Positions 58,578-64,000 of a stretch of 64,000 nt of DNA are shown here, one piece after another (position 1 is the first letter of the stretch; every line of letters begins with the position of its first letter). A program made the translations under genes and the position numbers. The DNA is taken from positions 1-64,000 of the IMG/VR virus record IMGVR_UViG_3300045988_147264. One strand, written 5' to 3'. This DNA is from a virus. The notes under the pieces were generated by a model that was given only the letters and a program-made list of their open reading frames with translations, was not told the origin of the DNA and ran no database searches.

Positions 58578-58881
58578 ATCTTTTACCTATTCTTTTTTGG
58601 TTTATATACGCTTTTCGCAGGTATTGGAACCTGTCATAGGGAAGTCCTATCTTCCCGACCGAAGGTATGTTAAAGTTTGTTCTCAACTGTTTGAACTCCT
58701 CTTCGGTCATATCTTTCGAGAGGTCTATCTCACCCATAATGTCAATCAAATGTTTTATGAACATCATATATGTATATCTGACCTCTTCTACGGTTATACC
58801 CATATCCTTGGCAACCTGTGGATATATCTCCCTTTCAAGATAATCCATATTAACTCGATACTTGTTTGCCATTGAAATCAA
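58549..58881 (-). CDS. Hypothetical protein (110 aa). The start is more likely at an internal Met near 58848.
   Basis: ORF that overlaps the upstream gene if the first Met is used. Confidence 0.3.
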   Translation of the reverse strand: MISMANKYRVNMDYLEREIYPQVAKDMGITVEEVRYTYMMFIKHLIDIMGEIDLSKDMTEEEFKQLRTNFNIPSVGKIGLPYDRFQYLRKAYINQKRIGKRYGRVQDTDD

Positions 58882-59251
58882 AGTATAACATCAGTTTAAA
58901 TGAATCGTCACCGTCATTAAATCTCGGCACAAACCTTGGATTTATCTTACCGTCAGTAATAAAATTGGCGCGCTTCAGTTTTGTGAGCAGCATCTGCAAA
59001 TGCTCAGGTGTGACACCACACTCCTCTTCGATTCTCCTGCGTGAGTCAGCGCTCATCACAACCTTGTCAAGCAAAAACTCATCTGTTATTACGCGCCCCA
59101 ACTCGAATCTCAGGTTAAGCATCGTCGCGGCGACGTCTACCTGTCTCTCGGACATCATGTGGAAAGGCCTCAGGAAATTCAGCCACATCCTGAAGAACTC
59201 CTTCCCAGGTGACGAGGGGATGCGTATCACGCTGTTTATTCCATTAGCCAT
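58850..59251 (-). CDS. Hypothetical protein (133 aa).
   Basis: ORF in the small-gene cluster. Confidence 0.35.
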   Translation of the reverse strand: MANGINSVIRIPSSPGKEFFRMWLNFLRPFHMMSERQVDVAATMLNLRFELGRVITDEFLLDKVVMSADSRRRIEEECGVTPEHLQMLLTKLKRANFITDGKINPRFVPRFNDGDDSFKLMLYFDFNGKQVSS

Positions 59252-59257
59252 AACCGA

Positions 59258-59590
59258 TTATCCTTTTGTGCCTACATTCTCTCCCTCATCAGTATCCTCT
59301 TTATCGGAATCACCGCTCTCCTTAAACATTGCGTCTGTAATCTCCTCTATCGTGTCAGCAACAACACTCTTAGGAAATAGCGGAGCCTGCTCAATGATTT
59401 TAAAAAGGAAATTCAATCTTGTGAAGAAATTAGATGCGTCGGCACGCTGAAGCTTATCGTACAACGACTTCGCCTGAGCCGAAAGCTGTCTGTTAAAATC
59501 GACTGCCTGATCATACTTCTCCTTAAGCTCCTTGTATTGAGCCTCGTAATCAACCTTTACAGACGGTGTAATTTTCTTTACTTCTCCCAT
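59258..59590 (-). CDS. Hypothetical acidic coiled-coil protein (110 aa).
   Basis: ORF in the small-gene cluster. Confidence 0.35.
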   Translation of the reverse strand: MGEVKKITPSVKVDYEAQYKELKEKYDQAVDFNRQLSAQAKSLYDKLQRADASNFFTRLNFLFKIIEQAPLFPKSVVADTIEEITDAMFKESGDSDKEDTDEGENVGTKG

Positions 59591-59602
59591 AACAATATAA
59601 TA

Positions 59603-59812
59603 TTAATTTTTATTTTTATCTTCCTCTTTCATTGCCAGCCACTCATTAATATGGCACTGGCCTATGTCGGTGCTACCACAGTCGTCACAATAATCACCGA
59701 ATCCATCACCTACCATAATCCTCAAAGAATGACAGTGCTTGCAATAAAACACGGGTTCATCCTCATATTGAGACGGGTGTGTGAGATACATATCACTATC
59801 AACTTTAGCCAT
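59603..59812 (-). CDS. Small zinc-ribbon protein (69 aa).
   Basis: Paired CxxC motifs: CKHC...CDDC. Confidence 0.4.
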   Translation of the reverse strand: MAKVDSDMYLTHPSQYEDEPVFYCKHCHSLRIMVGDGFGDYCDDCGSTDIGQCHINEWLAMKEEDKNKN

Positions 59813-59830
59813 ATGATAATTTTATGAAAA

Positions 59831-59867
59831 CAATAAAACCGGGGTTTCTCTCGGTACCCGGCCCCCC
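59831..59867 (-). terminator. Rho-independent terminator at the 3' end of a GC-rich structured element.
   Basis: Minus-strand GGGGGGCCGGG-UACCGAGAGAAAC-CCCGGUUUUAUUGUUUUC. Confidence 0.45.
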
Positions 59868-59946
59868 AGCTCGCTAATACTGGACCGATCCTCCACGGCT
59901 GGTTACTGCCCGAGGCATCTACGGCGTTTGTACCCTGTCCGCAGCC
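59868..59946 (-). ncRNA. GC-rich structured non-coding element (candidate small RNA or structured 3' UTR).
   Basis: About 80 nt at ~65 % GC in a ~38 % GC genome. No ORF. Several nested helices are visible on the minus strand (CCAGC...GCUGG enclosing UGGA-GGAUCGG-UCCA; GCC-UCG-GGC). Confidence 0.3.
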
Positions 59947-60258
59947 CTACTGCTCCTTCGCTTTCTTTGACTTAGTTGTAACTTTAGCAGCCTTCTTGGT
60001 CTTTGTACCACCCTGTTTAAAACCAATAGGCTTTGGTTCGGTTTTAGGCTCATCAACCTCCACCGGAGTGTCATCACCATTCACCGTCTGGCAAAACTCC
60101 TTGATAAACCAATAACCGGAGAGAAATGACGCCACGATAACCACGCACTTCGTGACGTTGCCGCCAAGGGTGGCGGCCGATGCAAGTGACCATATTGTCG
60201 CAAGGCACCATATCAACCATCCTGCGGTTGATTCAATAAAAGCACAAACTTTCTTCAT
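59947..60258 (-). CDS. Small two-transmembrane protein with a Lys-rich C-terminal tail (~103 aa). Holin-like architecture.
   Basis: From the internal ATG (MKKVCAFIESTAGWLIWCLATIWSLASAATL...VVIVASFLSGYWFI...KTKKAAKVTTKSKKAKEQ). Located 33 nt downstream of tRNA-Met and apparently co-transcribed with it. Confidence 0.3.
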   Translation of the reverse strand: MKKVCAFIESTAGWLIWCLATIWSLASAATLGGNVTKCVVIVASFLSGYWFIKEFCQTVNGDDTPVEVDEPKTEPKPIGFKQGGTKTKKAAKVTTKSKKAKEQ

Positions 60259-60291
60259 AACAACAAAATAATTTGAACAAAACAAACTTTG

Positions 60292-60363
60292 TTGCGGGGG
60301 CAGGGATCGAACCTGCGGCCTCCAGATTATGAGCCTGGCGAGCTACCACTGCTCCACCCCACA
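60292..60363 (-). tRNA. tRNA with anticodon CAU (elongator Met or lysidine Ile2 type; not initiator-like).
   Basis: Cloverleaf: acceptor TGTGGGG/CCCCGCA, D arm GAGC-AGTGGTA-GCTC, anticodon arm CCAGG-CTCATAA-TCTGG, T arm GCAGG-TTCGATC-CCTGC. The 1-72 pair is matched and the anticodon stem lacks the three G-C pairs seen in initiators. No encoded CCA. Confidence 0.8.
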
Positions 60364-60369
60364 ATATTG

Positions 60370-60441
60370 ATGCCGGTACCGGGCTCGAACCGATATCCTT
60401 GGATTACAAAACCAAGATGCTACCCATTACACCAACCGGCA
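60370..60441 (-). tRNA. tRNA-Thr (anticodon UGU) with a U31-U39 mismatch.
   Basis: Acceptor TGCCGGT/ACCGGCA (7 perfect bp), U8, A14, G18G19, A21, T arm ATCGG-TTCGAGC-CCGGT, anticodon loop TTTGTAA with U33. 4-nt variable loop, no encoded CCA. It sits 6 nt upstream of the tRNA-Met gene. Confidence 0.7.
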
Positions 60442-60460
60442 CTATCTTAACTTGACAATA

Positions 60461-60468
60461 CAAAGATA
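60461..60468 (-). promoter_or_regulatory. TATCTTTG -7 promoter element driving the tRNA-Thr/tRNA-Met operon.
   Basis: Lies 19 nt upstream of the tRNA-Thr 5' end. Part of a 25-nt repeat (60458-60482) shared with 61163-61187, with a tandem CTTTGTAT-CTTTGTAT on the minus strand. Confidence 0.5.
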
Positions 60469-60623
60469 CAAAGAATTTTTGAATTATGCAAATTTTTCTT
60501 CATTTTTATTAAACTTATTAGTAACACCACAAACAGCGCTTAAATTATTCAATATCCGCTTATCTACGTGAAGAAATATATAACCCATGCCGTCTTTGTT
60601 AATTACATCGAATTCAAGGCCAT

Positions 60624-61121
60624 TTATTTGCGTTTTAAGCGCTTTTTCGTATCGCGCATATAATTACACATCTCAATCATAGATCGCGTGTCAAAGCGCC
60701 TTAAATTGAGAAATTCCTTAATGGCGTCTATCATAACAAAACGATATTCCACCGATGTGATATTATCGTATCTTATGTCGCGCCATGAGGAACATGAGCA
60801 CCTTGGGTCAATAAACATTATAGCCTTAACGATACTGCGCCGCTCAAGAAAGTAACTGAACCTTATGTCTCTTTTAGTAAATGTCGCTAAAGGAATGATA
60901 TCAAACGACTGAGACTGTTGAGGATTCCTGTAAGATATGATGCTGTCGAAGATAATATTGTCAATATCTTTCAATGGGAGATCAACAACAGAATCGGCAT
61001 TCATCTTTTTAGGAAGACCACCGCTCCTTTTCCTGTAATTATAAAACGGTGGTTTTGATAATATCTTGTCATAAACGTATTTATCAATTTCGCCGATAAC
61101 TCCAATCTCTAATGTATCCAT
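60624..61121 (-). CDS. Hypothetical protein (165 aa).
   Basis: ORF with ATG at 61121. The promoter-repeat copy lies 45 nt upstream. Confidence 0.4.
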   Translation of the reverse strand: MDTLEIGVIGEIDKYVYDKILSKPPFYNYRKRSGGLPKKMNADSVVDLPLKDIDNIIFDSIISYRNPQQSQSFDIIPLATFTKRDIRFSYFLERRSIVKAIMFIDPRCSCSSWRDIRYDNITSVEYRFVMIDAIKEFLNLRRFDTRSMIEMCNYMRDTKKRLKRK

Positions 61122-61165
61122 ATATCTAATATACTATTATTGCCATTTCTTTGTTCGCCATGATA

Positions 61166-61173
61166 CAAAGATA
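61166..61173 (-). promoter_or_regulatory. TATCTTTG -7 promoter element for the 165-aa gene.
   Basis: Second copy of the 25-nt repeat ATACAAAGATACAAA(A/G)AA(A/T)TT(C/T)TGA. Confidence 0.45.
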
Positions 61174-61246
61174 CAAAAAAATTCTGACATTTCGGCTATT
61201 TTTGCGACAATGTTATCAACTATATTATAAACAATTGCTGTAACCG

Positions 61247-63184
61247 TTATTCATATATTGATTCTCTCCATGGATTAAAGTACCCAACATTTCCCTCAAG
61301 CGACTTTATTTGATTCGGTGAAAACACCGCTGTTTCATTAAATCTGAAACCGGTTGTACCGGAAATCCCATTATAACCCAATGATTCAATATAGGCTCTA
61401 TTTTCTGGAGTTATATTTTGCAGAATCCATGCAGGCATCTTTCCCATACGTGGATCTGTTATATCAATCGGATTTACGCCCGTGCTGACGATGTATGTTC
61501 TCCCACCGTTATACCAGTCAGGTTTATAGCCCGTGTGAACTCCTATACCAGGCTGCTCATAACGCTCTGCATATCCTCTTTGATTAGTTAAGTATATACC
61601 TTCGGGACCAGTACCTGTTCCTCTGACCTGTCCTCTATATAAATGATGCGACTTTTGTGGAAATATAGTGGCATCGGCATACGGAGCGCCGTGGTACTGT
61701 ATATTAGGTGTTCCGCCAAAATGACTAAGATAATCAGCGTAAGCCCTTGATTTCATTTGTAGGTAAGCTCTAGGATCTACACCCAATTTAGCGGCGTCTT
61801 CATACACATTTCTGTGATCTAGTCTTTGCTTTCTATATATATCAGAGTATTCATTGCGCAAGAACGTCGGAACCTCTTCGCCGGATTTAGACCATCCAGT
61901 AAAATATGGCATACCATCATTAAGGTATTCATCAGCTATCCGCGCTCTAAACCTCAGATCTTTATCAAGCCCCTTATATGGTTTAACGATCTGCCTGAAC
62001 GCATCGGCATAGAGTTCTCGCGGAACCACATCAATATAATTCTTATCAGTAGTGTTTATATTATGTCCCTCATATACGTATTTGCCATTATCATATAATA
62101 AACCTATACCTTTCCTTTCGAGCTTATTACCGACAGAATGGCCGAACTCATGGGCAAGTGATGTCTTTGATGTCCAGGGAGCGTATCTTATGGAATTAGT
62201 CTTATCATTATACGCTTGTATAGAACCGGATTCATCGCGTAACTTGAAAACTAATTCAGGTTTGGTCTGTATGGCTGCTCTATATTCCTTACTATTCTTA
62301 CCGAAAGCCTTTTCTATATCATCGAGAACATCATAAAAATGCTCTCCCCTTAATCTTCCAGATACTTTTGTTCCGGAAAAATTCAATGGATTCGTAAACT
62401 CAAGAAGCGAACTTAAAACAGGGTGTTGATACCTATCGACAAACAGATCTCCCCAGCTGTCACGCAAGCCTCCGGTGGTCTGATTTATACCAGCATCGAA
62501 GATTGTGTTAGCCATTCCAGCAAGCATGCCGGCAGGGCCAGCGATTCCACCTGCTATAACGGGAAATACATACTTAGTAGCAAACCTGTCTCTACCGAGG
62601 GTTATATAGTCATTAAACGCCTGCTTGTCACCATTTCTGATCGCATCCAATAATTGTTTATCAATGTATTTATCAGCTCCTTTATCGCGCCACCTTTTCT
62701 GTGTCCTGTTGAATATTCTCGACTGTCTTCTGGTTCCGATAATGTCGTCGTTAAGACCATATCTATCCGCAAGATCATAAGCCTTGTTTTTTATCTGCTT
62801 TCTGCTCAGGCCACGAAGATTTATCGCGATCTTTTCTGATGGCGTTATCGAATCAAACATCTGTTCAATCTCCCCGCCATCGCCGTGCCACTTTGCAGAA
62901 TTGCGCGCGAAATTAGCCTTCTTCACCATCGCGGTGCTATAATCATCCTTATTGGAAAGGACACGCGACGCAAACTCCTGCACGCCCATGCCGTGCCTTT
63001 TCGCGGCCGACGTGAACGTGCCTTTCTTTGACGGATCAATATGTATGCCACCACCGTTGCTATACTCGTTATACAATGCCCTCATCTCATCAAGACTCGT
63101 CACACCACTCCCGGTAAATAACGAAATAAGTGAGGCCCTCTCGGACATGCTGAGAGAACCCCACTTGCCAATATTATTATCCAT
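61247..63184 (-). CDS. Large HExxH zinc-metallopeptidase-like protein (~645 aa).
   Basis: Contains SLAHEFGHSVGNKLE and a Gly-rich segment GGIAGPAGMLAGMANT. The track ORF extends to a GTG at 63292, overlapping the exonuclease gene by 90 nt; the ATG (MDNNIGKW...) at 63184 is preferred. Confidence 0.4.
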   Translation of the reverse strand: MDNNIGKWGSLSMSERASLISLFTGSGVTSLDEMRALYNEYSNGGGIHIDPSKKGTFTSAAKRHGMGVQEFASRVLSNKDDYSTAMVKKANFARNSAKWHGDGGEIEQMFDSITPSEKIAINLRGLSRKQIKNKAYDLADRYGLNDDIIGTRRQSRIFNRTQKRWRDKGADKYIDKQLLDAIRNGDKQAFNDYITLGRDRFATKYVFPVIAGGIAGPAGMLAGMANTIFDAGINQTTGGLRDSWGDLFVDRYQHPVLSSLLEFTNPLNFSGTKVSGRLRGEHFYDVLDDIEKAFGKNSKEYRAAIQTKPELVFKLRDESGSIQAYNDKTNSIRYAPWTSKTSLAHEFGHSVGNKLERKGIGLLYDNGKYVYEGHNINTTDKNYIDVVPRELYADAFRQIVKPYKGLDKDLRFRARIADEYLNDGMPYFTGWSKSGEEVPTFLRNEYSDIYRKQRLDHRNVYEDAAKLGVDPRAYLQMKSRAYADYLSHFGGTPNIQYHGAPYADATIFPQKSHHLYRGQVRGTGTGPEGIYLTNQRGYAERYEQPGIGVHTGYKPDWYNGGRTYIVSTGVNPIDITDPRMGKMPAWILQNITPENRAYIESLGYNGISGTTGFRFNETAVFSPNQIKSLEGNVGYFNPWRESIYE

Positions 63185-63201
63185 TATGAAAAAAGTATTT
63201 C

Positions 63202-63987
63202 CTATCTCGCGGGAGACGTCAATGGAACAACCCTCTTGTTGTCCTTGTTGAGATTCTCCCTGCCACGCACAACAGCCCCGCAATCGATGCACCTGTAAAG
63301 CTTATACCTACACGTGCTAGTGTTGTAATACCTGTCAGGTATCTCAACCAAGTGATCCTCCGAGGAACCACATACAGGGCACCTCACAACGCCGTCATCA
63401 AAGGTCGCTGCGACATTCGGATGACTCTTCATCCACGGCCTCAGCTTAAGGTAAACCAACTCAAGAATCTTGACATCCTGCTGGTTGTACACAGCCATCT
63501 CCTCAAGAGCCTTTCCGTCACCGTTGAGACACTTCTCCCACAAGGAGAAATCAGTGCCTATCTTGTGAGGAAAACCAAAGTAACCGGCCAGGGCGTCAAG
63601 CTTGTTGCTCTTGAAGCCAAAGTATCTCTTCGCGACATCAAGGGTGTCTATGATATAATACGGAGAAGGACACTTCAGATCGTTCAATATAAACCTCGTG
63701 TTCATCCACGGCACGTCAGCCCTCTTGGCGTTATGCGCCACAACGACATCTGCCTCGTCAATAAGCTTCCACAATGACCGCATGATCCTCGAGTCATCCT
63801 GCCTAAGCGCCTCCTCGGAAGTCAGCACGTCACACATCTCCTCGCCGCCGTAAAGCCACTTTGCGGACCAGCACAACATGAACCAATCTTGCCTGACATG
63901 ATCCCACGCGATGTCCTGTTTCCATAAACCCCAGATATAACCCAACATAGGAGCTGTCTCGGTATCAAAGATCAACACCTTAGGCAT
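63202..63987 (-). CDS. DnaQ-like DEDDy 3'-5' exonuclease with a C-terminal zinc ribbon (261 aa).
   Basis: Exo I LIFDTETAP, Exo II VVAHNAKRADV, Exo III YNQQDVKILELVY (Tyr-x3-Asp), and C-terminal CPVCG...CIDCG. Confidence 0.65.
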   Translation of the reverse strand: MPKVLIFDTETAPMLGYIWGLWKQDIAWDHVRQDWFMLCWSAKWLYGGEEMCDVLTSEEALRQDDSRIMRSLWKLIDEADVVVAHNAKRADVPWMNTRFILNDLKCPSPYYIIDTLDVAKRYFGFKSNKLDALAGYFGFPHKIGTDFSLWEKCLNGDGKALEEMAVYNQQDVKILELVYLKLRPWMKSHPNVAATFDDGVVRCPVCGSSEDHLVEIPDRYYNTSTCRYKLYRCIDCGAVVRGRENLNKDNKRVVPLTSPAR

Positions 63988-64000
63988 CTTTTTGGGAGGA

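Noticed and set aside
59868-59946. The GC-rich element as a degenerate tRNA or tmRNA.
   Set aside because: No acceptor/T-arm arrangement or GGUUCGAAUCC-like T-loop could be fitted, and it is too short for a tmRNA. It is kept as a generic structured-RNA candidate only.
60370-60441. Alternative fold of the second tRNA with a 9-nt anticodon loop (CTTGG/CCAAG stem), which would suggest a frameshift-suppressor-like tRNA.
   Set aside because: Standard numbering (U8, A14, G18G19, A21, U33, T54 region) fits perfectly with a normal 7-nt loop and anticodon UGU if a single U31-U39 mismatch is allowed. That is the more conservative reading.
1-64000. Stop-codon recoding (TAG or TGA reassignment), which is common in crAss-like phages.
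   Set aside because: All three stop codons terminate long, motif-bearing ORFs here (TAG for the 921-aa gene, TGA for the 295-aa gene, TAA for many others). Neither tRNA is a suppressor.
1-64000. A CRISPR array, a diversity-generating retroelement, an integrase/attachment site or a self-splicing intron.
   Set aside because: No regularly spaced direct repeats, no reverse-transcriptase motif (YxDD), no tyrosine/serine recombinase signature and no HNH/GIY-YIG ORFs were seen. The only direct repeat found is the 25-nt promoter repeat.

Overview
This 64 kb window reads as a contiguous stretch of a large tailed dsDNA phage genome, most likely a crAss-like (Crassvirales) phage of a Bacteroidota host; that assignment rests on the gene content and organisation described below. 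GC content is about 38 %, with no cellular housekeeping genes. TAA, TAG and TGA are all used as stops, so the standard genetic code applies.

Layout:
- Plus strand, 2-10501: two giant co-transcribed ORFs. The first (>=2108 aa, its 5' end lies outside the window) carries a DFDID double-psi-beta-barrel motif, the catalytic motif of two-barrel RNA polymerases, which makes it a candidate virion RNA polymerase.
- These converge on a bidirectional terminator at ~10506-10544.
- Minus strand, 10552-63987: one ~53 kb late/structural block. In transcription order it encodes a DEDDy exonuclease, a large HExxH protein, a promoter-driven tRNA-Thr/tRNA-Met pair, a cluster of small genes (including a GroES-like co-chaperonin and a Zn-ribbon protein), a possible small terminase, the large terminase, the portal, a run of tail-fibre genes (BACON-like and Big_2 Ig domains, T4-like fibre repeat, collagen-like triplets), a four-gene cell-envelope module (YkuD-like peptidoglycan enzyme, HExxH membrane protein, two membrane proteins), a scaffold-like acidic protein, the major capsid protein, seven connector/tail-sized proteins and four giant proteins (1594, 1070, 600, 1988 aa) that are probably the tail hub and ejected cargo proteins.

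Regulatory signals:
- Six gene starts are preceded by the same minus-strand TATCTTTG element, which matches the Bacteroidetes -7 promoter consensus TAnnTTTG.
- Nine minus-strand rho-independent terminator candidates (seven with clear U-tracts) are visible, plus the bidirectional one at the convergence point.

Most unusual observation: the BACON-like fibre proteins begin with the second half of a BACON domain and end with its first half. This suggests the domains are completed in trans between consecutive gene products, a donor-strand-style chain assembly.

All functional calls come from motifs read directly in the translations plus gene order; no database search was possible. Small-feature coordinates were hand-counted and may be off by a few nt.
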